A stretch of 64,000 nt of DNA from the human T2T-CHM13v2.0 reference genome, Homo sapiens: NCBI RefSeq assembly GCF_009914755.1, contig NC_060929.1. The stretch is one strand, 5' to 3'. This document shows, one piece after another, positions 16,264 to 27,399 of this stretch. The notes below the pieces were generated by a model. The model worked only from the letters and a program-made list of their open reading frames with translations. It was not told where the DNA came from and ran no database searches. Positions within the stretch are counted from its first letter, which is position 1, and each line of letters begins with the position of its first letter. The translations under genes were made by a program, and so were the position numbers.

Positions 16264-18024
16264 ACACAATACGTTAACATTTTATATTTGAAAAGCAACG
16301 TACTGTTTACAAATGGCTTTCCCTCCACTATCTCATTTAATCATCATAGGTATTACACAGAGTACAACCAATTCTACCACTGTTGTTTTGATGGCGCAGA
16401 GGGAAAAAAGGTTAATTCCAGATCAATCATCACATGAGTCAAGACAGAAAATTTTGAACTGAAAGGAATCTAGAAGTTGATCTTGTCCAACCTCCCAGGA
16501 AAACTCGAGAAATGTGTTTTTCTCTTTCATTTTAACCTGACTATTTTCTCCTACCTTATCCAAAAAGCTCTGCACATTGTGTTACTAGTTCTACCTATGA
16601 GAAGAAAGAGTAAGATGCTGGTACTGCCTGTTGGGACAGCAGCTAAATGTTTACCCAGAGACTTGGCAGATGTAAACATGGCCTTTAAACCCCATCATGG
16701 AAAGGGGAAAAGTTGTGTGCCCTTCTAGGAAGATTCACTCATCAACTGGAAAACAGAGATTTTTATGTTTAAATTGCCACCCTGGCTAAAAGGATTATAT
16801 CTTGATCATCTTCAAGTTAAGAGTAAAGGATACATTCTGCATTCCCCTGAACAAAACACCTAATCCAAACAGATTTTATCTTGTCTCAGTTTAAAAACTG
16901 GTGAAAAAAAGCAGAATTTTCCTTTCCATTTCATATTCATCTGATTCATCAAATAAAATATCGGGCCCTAACTATTAATACATGCCAGAAACCAAGTCAG
17001 GCACCGCACCAGGTGATACATCTAATTGATTAGGATTAGCAAATTTCTATTCTTTCTCTCGACTGAAATCAATAAAACCCTGTCTTAAATATTAAAGTAC
17101 TATCCCTGTCCCTCACCTTGACTGTCACTTCTGAGAACATTTGTTTTAAGAAATCAACAGCGACCCGAAGATCAGTAGAGCTTCTTCATCTGTTTTAATA
17201 TCTCAATCTTATTAAAAGGATTAATCCTGTTAAGACAAAATAGCACCTCCACCTTTCTCTCCCTTCTTCCTTTCCACTCTCCTCCAAATAAAAAGGTTAA
17301 GTGACGACATCCAGCCCAAAGAACAATGAACAATACATACATACACACACACAGCTCTCTCTTCCAGTTTCCAACAGGAACAACACAAGAAAGTCAAATA
17401 CTGATTAAAAAGAAATGACACACACCATCATTCTTGTCAGTGCATGGAAAGGGAACTTACTCTAATCCATTCAGCAAAATCTGGAGTCAAACTTGGAATG
17501 AAAGGAGCATTTTTTTTCCCTGCAAGGTAAGTAAAAGAACTCAGGAATTTTTTAAAAATAAAATAAGATACCAGATGCAAATAAATTGATTTCTATTCCT
17601 CAGAAATAGGGCTTTTAATAAACGCCACACAGAGTATGCATAAGCAAGCAAGTCAATCCGAAAGACAGGAAGAGAAAAATAATGTGTGGCACATCATTTT
17701 CTCTGAAAGTCGACAAGCAAAAGGTGAACACAAAAAGGCTACCTCGGGAGGGCTAGTTTTTTGTTTTGAGATGGTTTTTCTGTTTGTTTCCATCCAGTTT
17801 AATGCTAAAGAATTTTCTGAAATCTTTTCACAGGGGACACTTGGCACACTCACAAAAACTAAACTGTTTCCTTTAAGATTTCTTTTCTCACCTCCAAAGA
17901 GTAGCCACTGGCTTTTATGGGGTTGGTCACTGCACTTGTGAATTTTAGATGGATAAAGTGGCAAAATAATGATTTTTTTTAAATATAAAAGTAAAACTAA
18001 GATGTATGGCAAGTAAAGCTTTTT

Positions 18025-18229
18025 AAAAAGCCAAGTCAAATTTGAGGCCTGCTGATTTTGACACAAAGCTGTTAGTAAACTGGCAAAGAAATTAATCTGC
18101 TTTTAGGGTAAACTTGAGCCCAGGTAAAACAAAAAGGCCAAGTCAAATTTGTGACCTGTTGATTTTGACACAAAGCTGTTAGTAAATTGGCAAATAAATT
18201 AATCTGCTTTTAAGGTAACCTTGGGCCCA
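18025..18229. repeat. Direct tandem duplication, period 107 bp
   Basis: gccaagtcaaatttg...cttg(a/g)gccca at 18030 and 18137; 8 mismatches in 93 bp by hand count. Confidence 0.95.
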
Positions 18230-20004
18230 CAAACATTCATCCACTCACCTTTAGACTATGCCTATCTAGAGGTTAGCCTGAGTAATTAACCAGAGTTATC
18301 AATTTTGTTTTCACTAAGCATTTTGATAGGTTTGGCACCTCAAAGACAGCTTTGTGATGCAATTTATAAATTTAAAACACATCCGGTAAATAAAGAAAAT
18401 AATAAAATGTCAGAACCACCTGATTTTCTTTTTTAAGAACTATTTAAGTATTCAAAATTAGCTTTTAGTAGTACAGGCAATGTCACCCTTTCCTACTTGG
18501 TAATTATCCCAACAAACTTTCGCTTTAATTTAGGCAGACTGCAATACAAAAACCATGTATTGTATTTTATAAGATAAATTACAAATTAAATCAGTTATTT
18601 AACTTAGAAAATAATCTTCTGGCAGCTCTCTTAACTTACAGGGCACCTTGTATTGTGAAGAATGTTCATAATCAGATAATCCCCGTAACCAGCTACAGTA
18701 CTGGGTGAATAATATCCCTTTATCACAAAGATAAAGGAAGTTACTGCCATCAACAAATGAACAACAAAACAGAACTTGAATTCAGAATTTTAGATCCAGC
18801 TCCATTCACAAGGCTATGCATTAACTGCAGTCACCATCCTTTCCCACAAGACCATCAAGCTCTGAAGCATTAGGAGAAACATTTTCTTTATGTACACTAA
18901 AATAAGCCCAAATACACAGATAACAGCACAAAGCCGGTCCGGCGTTTCTTGGCCATCAAAGCATGCACAGACTTTCTCAGTACAGCCTTAAGTGTAATTC
19001 CTAGAAGGCACTGGCAAATCTCTGCCAGGCCAATCTGCAGTCGAAAACCGAGTGCATGTGTCCAACAAGATGACAGGAGGGTCAATGTTTCTAACCGTCT
19101 ACTTCAACTCTGCATGGCAATAGCGGTTCTGCCCAACATGGTAAACACAATAATCGTATAGGATCGAACACAAGTCTCTGTAAATGAGGATCCCCTTAAA
19201 CGCAAACAAGCAACTCTGGGGAAATATAATTTCTGGAACAAAACATGGTGCTCGCATAATTCCACAAAGACACATAGAAGTCCATTTTTAAAATGATGTT
19301 CGGTCCCAGCACTGTGCTGACACTTTTCCCACCTAAACTTCTCAGCACAAGCCTGGCCTAAACAGCCGGGTTCCAATCCGTGCACAGTGGAACCGCGGCA
19401 CGCACCCAAGACCGGAATGGTGGGGCTATACCTGTCCCTACTCAGTCCTGTTCGTGCCAGCCTGCGAGGTAGTTTAGACCCGTCTGCTTTATGGTAATGT
19501 GCTTTTAAAACCCCGCCACGACCGAGGTCATAGCTTTAGAGATTTAATAACAATCAAATGACCAGGGCTGCTGGGCACTTAGTGAGCCATTCTGGTTATG
19601 GCTCTTTAATAGCACCTGGAGTTCTGCTCCAGGGAGAGAGGAAAACTCCTGCTCCCCCGGAAAGAAAGTCCTCTGCGGAGAGCGCAGAGGGAAGCCAGGA
19701 AGCCGATCGCGGGCAGGGGACGCGCCGCCGCGGCCGCCCCATCTCTCAAGCAGCCCCAGCGCGACCCTCGCCCTGCAGCCGTGCTGGCCCAGGCCGCACC
19801 TTTACCTGTCAGCTCCACCACCCACCCGCCCTGGAGGCTGCCCCTCCGAGTCCAGGGAAAGGCTTACCAGCCGGCTGCGGGAGAAAGAACCCCAGAGGCA
19901 TCCTATCCCAAAGAAAGAAAGCAAAAAGGCTGCTCCTCAAGGCAGGGGGCCATCGGGCACGCCGAGATCCGAGAGGCGACATGCCACCCCTGCCCTGCAC
20001 CTAC

Positions 20005-20052
20005 CAGATAATCCATGTACAGAAACGCCTCAGTTATCCGGAGATCAGACAT
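20005..20052 (-). CDS. ARL15: ADP-ribosylation factor-like GTPase 15, coding part of exon 1 (residues 1-16)
   Basis: ATG TCT GAT CTC CGG ATA ACT GAG GCG TTT CTG TAC ATG GAT TAT CTG = MSDLRITEAFLYMDYL, the recognised human ARL15 N-terminus. Followed by a phase-0 CTG|GTAGGT donor within a CpG island. Confidence 0.95.
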
Positions 20053-20190
20053 CCGGCAGCCTAAAGCATCCGGAACGGCTCCGAACCCGGAAAAAAAAAG
20101 CAGCGTCTCTGGCTGCGAGCGAGCAGCTCCTGAAAAAGCCAGCAACAGCGAAAATAGCCGAAAGCAGCCGACTAGCCGGAGATTACACAA
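20053..20190 (-). other. ARL15: ARL15 5' UTR / TSS region (exact TSS not determinable from sequence)
   Basis: Lies between the ATG and the CCAAT boxes; contains a minimal uORF at 20061-20069. Confidence 0.65.
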
Positions 20191-20201
20191 GGGGCGCGGC
20201 G

Positions 20202-20245
20202 ATTGGCCAGGCGGGCGGGCAGAAGGAAAGAAGCGTGCTCATTGG
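20202..20245 (-). promoter_or_regulatory. Two CCAAT (NF-Y) boxes 39 bp apart with an intervening GC box
   Basis: attgg at 20202-20206 and 20241-20245 (CCAAT on the minus strand); gggcggg between them. Confidence 0.75.
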
Positions 20246-20248
20246 CTG

Positions 20249-20263
20249 CGGCGCCTATAAAAG
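20249..20263 (+). promoter_or_regulatory. BREu + TATA box oriented away from ARL15
   Basis: CGGCGCC (SSRCGCC) directly followed by TATAAAAG (TATAWAWR). Confidence 0.65.
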
Positions 20264-21705
20264 GCAGGCCCCAGCTGGTGGCAGGAGAGAAACGCGGGAG
20301 TGGTGGGGGATGTGGGTTCCTGTGTGCTGAGCGGAGGAGCCGGGGTGGGGGCGGTGCAAGCGGAAGAAAGAGCCAAGAGAGCGGAAAATCGGCTGGTGCT
20401 GTCGCCGCCCGAGTTTTGTGTTTCCACAGCTTTCCAGTTGGGTACAACGGAGCCGAACTCCGTGTTCCCGGGCTGGAGAGCCTTGGTGTCCCCGCCAACC
20501 CCCAGTAGGAAGCGAGCGCTGTAACATGGGAGGCGTGGTCGCCACTGATCTTGTCTCCCCCCAGAGCCTTCCTAAAGGCTCTGCCGCCACGAGACTGCAC
20601 CACCGGGAAAGAAGTGTGTGAAAGTGTACTCCGTAAACAGGCAATCCTGTACGCGACTTAGGGGCAGAAAGACCCTCCGCACTTTTATCATTTGAAAGTA
20701 AGGTGGACGATTCCAGCCTGGTGTCCCTGAGGGTACACACAGGCCCCCCGCGCAGCCAGAGGTGACTCAGGAACCCCCCTTCCAACCCCTGCGTAGAACG
20801 CCGAACAGTCTTCGGAGAATTCGCTTTCCTCCACGTGAAAAGGAAAAGAAAAACATTTGAGGAGTCGCAGTAGTCACTTGTACTCCCCAAACACACGGGA
20901 AGAAGTTGATCAGTTTGCATGCTTGGAGTCAAATTACGCTCAGCACAAATCCAACGCCCCTGAATTAAATGAGCAGTAGAAGCTCTCTGCAAAAAACACA
21001 ACAATATTTGTGACCCGGTATTATTTCAGGAGGTAAAAACATCTATAAGCAGATGCATTTGGGACGTATGCATTTCCTGGTAATGTCAATATCGCATTAA
21101 GCTAGTGGGTTTGGGCAGGGAAAGCCTGAATCGGACAAGAAGCTGGCTTTTTTTTTTTTTAGGCTATAAATAACCAGACCATGCCAGACACATGTTCTTA
21201 GGCTATGTTCTTAGGCTCAGGTGATTGGAGTGCCCCCCCCCATCCCCACCCTCAGGGCTTAGGGAGAATGGAAGATAAGGTGGATGCTGTCACCTGTATT
21301 AATAGTTAGGGCTTGCATACATACAGTAAAGTTTCAAGAGTGAAACTTCATCGACTGAACTCTTTATGAAGTGACTGCCTGACTCTACACGCGATGTTTT
21401 AGGAGTTGAATTTTTACTTTCCCCCTGACACCTTTCTTTTTTGTATCCTCAAGAAACAAATTTCCGTACCGTAAGTTTACCTGGGACTACCAAAACAGTT
21501 CTGTTAGATGACCGTGGAATTCACCCCAAATGTGCACATAACCAATAAGGGCGAGGCAGCCCCCTAGAGGGAGCTGTAGGTTGATGAGCCAAGTGATTTT
21601 AGGTATGCAGTCTAATTTCCAAACCTGTTTCCTCAGCTGCAAAACGAGAATTCCTACAGCCAGAAAGTTGTGAGGGTTTGGGCGGGGGGCGGGGTTGGGG
21701 AAGTT

Positions 21706-21971
21706 GTTTTTGTTTTTTTGAGACAGGGATTCTCTCTGTCGCCCAGGCTGGAGTGCAGTGGCGCGATCTCGGCTCGCTGCAACCTCCGCCTCGCCGGCTC
21801 AAGCATCCTCCCACCTCAGCCTGCAGAGTCGCTGGGACCACAGGTGTGCACGACTACGCTCGTCTAATTTTTTGTATTTTAAGGGTAAAGACAAGGTCTC
21901 ACTATGTTGCCCAGGCCTGTTTCTAACTCCTGGACTCAAGCAATCCGCCCACCTCGGCCTCCCAAAGTGCT
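21706..21971 (-). mobile_element. AluJ-like, 5'-truncated, CpG-rich
   Basis: J-type ctcactatgttgcccagg and ctcaagcaatccgccc; many intact CpGs. Confidence 0.9.
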
Positions 21972-23048
21972 ATTAGATCCAATTTTGATTTTCCTTGGCA
22001 TTCTGTTAATTCAAACACATGTAGGTTTAGAAGAGATTTTCACCTAGATTTTGGAGGAGATGGACGTCCATAAACGTACACTCTTTAGCACAATTTGTTT
22101 GAAACTAATTTGGAAAACAAAATCTCTCAATGAGCAGAAATAGTCATGGAACATTTTTTGTTTGTTTTGCTTTTCTTCGTGAATAAGCATATTTAAAATA
22201 AGATAAAGGGCTTGAGTTAGCAAAGAGACACCTTATGGACCATTGTCTTAGTGATAAATGATGTGTGGGCTACTGCCCAGTCAGGCTTTCGAGAGGCCTA
22301 TCAGTCTCTATGCAGAGGAGGATAGCCACTCAGAAGCAGGTGGCTTCTGCCTTTCCTTTAAAAGTTAAGCTTAGGGAAAGATAGTCCTGAACATGTCATT
22401 AGGGTCAGTATGGTTCTTGCTGCCTCTAAGAATTAGTATATGGGGCCAAAGCAGGGAGATGAAAGAATATGTTCAAGGAAAAGTTCCAAAGACTGCACCA
22501 TAATATTCACTTTATTCCACACAATTTGCACATTCATTGTGACTGGCATCAATGAAAACCTTGTAGTCAGTGTAATGTATTAAAAAATCACATATTGCAT
22601 TTTAGGAAAGAGTCCTTATAAAACAACAACAACAACCTGTAGATTTTGAACTCCATATGGAGCACATTTTTTCAATTAGATGTTTTCTGAGATGTCAGTG
22701 AGTCCGCCCCTACAGAGGAAAGAGGCTAACTTGACTGAATTGGTATGAACAGATAATACACTACCCACTACATGAAGCTGCAGTCATAGCTGATAGGGTT
22801 GGTAGCACCTATTGAGGTAATCACCTCAATACATGCTTTTTAAAAGAGTGTAGAGAAGTTAGAATGCATTTAATCAACCTACCATACTGTATGCCAAGTA
22901 ACAGACTGCAATCCAGAACAAGACATGATCTCATTAACCTAGTTCTGCCCTTGCTGTCAGTGAAAAGAATGACCCTCTTCCAGATGCGGAAGAAACATGT
23001 AAACTCATGAGGCAATTGCATTAGTGCATAGGTTTTGAGGAAAGAGGC

Positions 23049-23404
23049 TGATACGGTTTGGCTGTGACCCCACCCAGATCTCATCTTGAATTCCCACGTG
23101 TTGTGGGAGGGACCCGGTGGGAGGAAGTTGAGTCAAGGGGGCGAGTCTTTCCCATGCTGTCCTCATGATAGTGGTAAGTCTCATGAGATCTGATGGTTTT
23201 ATTAGGAGGAATTTCCCTGCACAAGCTCTCATTCTCTCTTGCCTGCCGCCATGTAAGACATGTCTTTGCTCCTGCTTCACCTTCTGCCATGATCGTGAGG
23301 CATCCCCAGCCATGTGGAACTGTAAGTCCATTAAACCTCTTTCTTTTCTAAATTGCCCAGGTTCAGGTATGTCTTTATCAACAGTGTGAAAACAGACTAA
23401 TACA
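23049..23404 (+). mobile_element. THE1 (THE1A-like) solo LTR with 5-bp TSD
   Basis: TG...CA ends (tgatacggtttggctgtg...gactaataca); TSD gaggc at 23044-23048 and 23405-23409. Confidence 0.92.
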
Positions 23405-23844
23405 GAGGCCATCACTGTTGCTTGTCAAAAGCAAAGAGAAATTATTTTGACAGTCCATACTCTAAAATTCCATAAAGGCTGCTGGCTAGCCAAATTTGGA
23501 GGAAAATTTTTTGTTAAACTGTCACTTGCAAGGAATGAAAACAGAAATGCGTTTTTGCAACTTGGTCTCCCAACTTTCCAGAAAAATCAACATATTAGTG
23601 GTTATTTCCAGCTATTCTTTTGTTGTTTCCAAGGAGAATACTGCCTTCACTAGTTTTGTATCATGCATACACTATCTCACTGAAACTTTTCATAAATCTT
23701 TAATGGATACATAAAACTATTGTAAAAATGTACTACTGTGTTAACAAATCCTTTATTAGTTACTACTATTATAAATATTACAGTGAATGTTTGCTTATAA
23801 AACTATCCACATCTTATTATCCTAAGAATAATTTCTAGTAATAG

Positions 23845-24179
<335 letters not shown>

Positions 24180-26899
24180 GAGCACTTTTAATACTCAGTT
24201 TTGACCTAGCTTATGTAGTCTTCTTCCTTCTACCCCCCAGCTCCAAAGTAGGGAATGATTATCTTGTCTCATCTTTGCCTTAATATTATTCCTTAATAGC
24301 TGAAAGATGGTATCTTTCATTATAATGACTCTTAAATCATGGACACTTCTTTTTCAGAAAAAGTGGTCAGCTCTGCAGAGGTCATCAGGCACTTTTTCTC
24401 ACTTACCACATCCAATAACTCCTGTGACTTTAAAATTCTCTTCTGAGTCCTTTTTCCCTTTCTCTCCAGTGGATACCTTGACACCCACCTCTGATTTACC
24501 CCAGTCCTCTTCTCTGCTTCCTAAACCTAAATGAAGTATCACTGTGTCCCAGAAGATGAACTTCATCAGAACAGGGTGTCCCCACATGAAGCCGCTAACA
24601 GAGCTTGATTCATAAATGGAATCAAGCCAATGATTATTGAATGAGGTCAGAGGTTGGAATTAGAGTAGGGTTTTCTGCTCTTAGCATGGTGACCTACTTG
24701 CAACTCAAACTAGAGGAAACCCTCACTGAAATAGCTAAGTCTGAAGTTTTTAATCTAAAATATCTCCATGTCAGTTTAAACCTGTTTTCTCTCCTGCAGG
24801 TAGATCTTAAGGCCTTGTATGTCTATTTTTCAAAGATCAGTCCTGGCAGTCAAGATGAAGATTTGTAACTACTTAACTAGATGAGCTTGGACAGGTCACC
24901 TGTTCCTTCCAGGCTCCTGTTTACTCAGCCAGGGGATAGAGTTCAACTAATCCCTACCATGATTAAGGGTCACTCACCTTTTCCAAAAAGGGCTTTGCTG
25001 GGTCTTGGGGTTTTAAAGCAAGATAAGACATCCACTGAAAATGGTAAATATACGAGGGAAAGATAACTAGATCTCACAAGCAACCACCATTCAAGCACCA
25101 AATATCAAGAAGCTGTGTAAATCCCTCTCAATACCAACCCCAGCAAGTTCATTTAATCTCTTAGATACATTTCTACATTGCTGATTGTATTAATTTCCTA
25201 TTCTGCAAGCCAGTTATGAGCCTTATGGAACTAAAATAAAGGTGTTAGAAGAGCTAAAAGAGTTAATAGATAGATGGAGGCCATTAGTGAATCACACTCA
25301 TTGCAATTGGGCAGCAAGTCCTTTCTTGAATTGTGAATCTCCTTTTCTGCCACACACGTGTGTCTGAATCTCCCTCAACAGCCTGGCTTGACACCTTGCA
25401 TGTAGCCCTGGCACCACTAAAGATTGATTGGTTGCTTAGAGCATAGACCTCACTATTTACAGCCAGCCTCATTGTGTCAATATGTCACTGCCTGAGCATA
25501 CTTGTTAGTACTTCCTGACACAGTCAGCTCCAAGTGAAGGAGAAAAATCAACAAATCCATTAGGCCTCATGATCACCATGCTGAAATCTCACAGCAAAAA
25601 TCACAGATAAAATACCCTTCCCAAGATCACACATTAAGTAACAGAGCTAAGGACTTTCCTTCCATAACCCTGGAATATCTATTTCTTCCCTATACTACTA
25701 TGGAAGTGACAAGATCTTGGGATCAGTGTGACAAGAAAATAAAGCAGGCCTAGAGTCTACCACGGAGAAACTTCCGCTTATTAGAAATAACAGGACAAAG
25801 AAAGGCGAATAGACAAAGCCCTTCCCGATACAAATGTGCACACAGTCAACCTGGTGCCAGAGGAGTTACTAAAGTGTTTAAGGGATGAGAACTCAGTGAG
25901 GGTTTGCCAAAGTTTCTGGAGTTCTAATAGAACTCTCCAAGAAAGAAAAAATTTATCTTGGAGGATTTGTGAGGGGAACTTTCCAGATGGGAAAACAGCA
26001 TATAAAGAATCAATAGCAACAAATTGGGGATGAGGCATTACATACTTAAAAGAAGATGAGTGTTTGAGCCCAAGGTATAGGAGGTATAGACAGTTTAGTT
26101 TGGGGAAGTCTAACTGGTGCAAATCAGGGTTCAGCTAGGAGCTTCTCTGCAGATTATTGCTTCCCAACTCCCCATGTGGTGTTGGTGGAAGTTGATTTGC
26201 AGCTCCATCCAGTGTAATTGCTCCCTCATTCTGGTCCCTAAGACTGGCATAAAGATGTGCCAACTACAGAGGGAAGCAAATCCCAAAAAAGTGTTTGGGC
26301 ACTTGCTTTCTTGCCTGCTTCTTATGAGATCATCACCTATTGGGATAATATAGAAACTATTCAAATTGCTTTCTTGTAGGTATTCCACTGAAAGTTGGAA
26401 ACATCTTGAATGCCCCTGATTTATAATTTTGATCTCTTCTTTCAAGGCTTACATATAAGGAAGCCTTAATCCAAGCTGGCAATTGATTCAAGGCAGCTTG
26501 CAAGGAAACGAGAAACTCAGAAACAAGAAACTATAAAATAAAGCCAATGAAAAAAGTGGCTATCATATACCATCTAGATAATAATGCTTCCTATCTCATC
26601 CAGACTTGAGATTCTGACTCCATGCTGTTTAAATTGAGAAAGACAGGCATGTAGGTACTCTGGGCAGGCTAATATGGATTCATGCATTCTACATACCTAT
26701 TTAACACCTACTATATATTAGGGATGCTAGAGAAATATTATCCCTGCTCACATAAAGCTTAGTCTCTAGTGATTGGAGACAGGAAAGATATCAACTAGTG
26801 ATAAGTGCTATACAGAATTAAAGAGATGTGCTGGCGAGTAACAGGGAAGCATACTCTAGACAGGTAGTCGTGGATGGCATCTCTGGGTTGTGCTAAGTG

Positions 26900-27030
26900 A
26901 TACAGTCCAATAAAACTTTCTGTAATGATGGAAATGGCCTATACTTGTACTGCCCAGTATGGTAGCCATTAGCTACACATGGCTATTGAGAACTAGAAAT
27001 GCAGGTAGTGGATACTGTATTGAACAATGA
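26900..27030. mobile_element. MER3-like hAT-Charlie fragment
   Basis: gtccaataaaactttctgtaatgatggaaatg...atggtagccattagctacacatggctattgag. Confidence 0.7.
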
Positions 27031-27399
27031 AGGTATGCAGTAAAAATATGAATGGAGGTCTTCCACTTAAACATGACATATTAAATATACTTGCTTATCT
27101 CCCCCACCCTCACCCCCACAGGCCAGTAAAGGAATAAAAAAGATCCACCAAGACAGAGAATTAAAGGAGAGACTCCAGCATATAAGAGGTCAACCATTTA
27201 GGAAAACAGAAAGTGGATACAGAAGTGGCAACTGACGTAGCGGAACAGAGAAAGCTGAAGGCTAAGTTCAAGAGGCGGGGGAAGCCAGCAAGAAACAAGC
27301 TGATTCCTGTTGCAGAACTCTCATCAGCTCAGCAATAAGCACCACCTGGTTCTCTGAGGTGGGAAATTAAATAAACAGCTATTTAAAAGCCATCATGTG

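Larger units (their letters stand above)
19370..20830. promoter_or_regulatory. ARL15: CpG island / ARL15 promoter
   Basis: Dense CpG and high GC against an AT-rich background; GC boxes and ETS-like CCGGAA motifs; spans coding exon 1. Confidence 0.92.

Noticed and set aside
20254-20264. CCTATAAAAGG as an SRF CArG box
   Set aside because: It has seven A/T bases between CC and GG, not six.
19558-21004. Long overlapping ORFs in the CpG island (168, 143 and 249 aa)
   Set aside because: GC-rich DNA is poor in stop codons. The products have biased composition, resemble no protein I recognise, and several rely on non-ATG starts.
21192-21217. 13-bp perfect tandem repeat (atgttcttaggct x2)
   Set aside because: Real, but a trivial slippage duplication with no evident function.
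23297-23316. PRDM9 hotspot motif in the THE1 LTR
   Set aside because: Reads catccccagccat, not the CCTCCCTNNCCAC motif.
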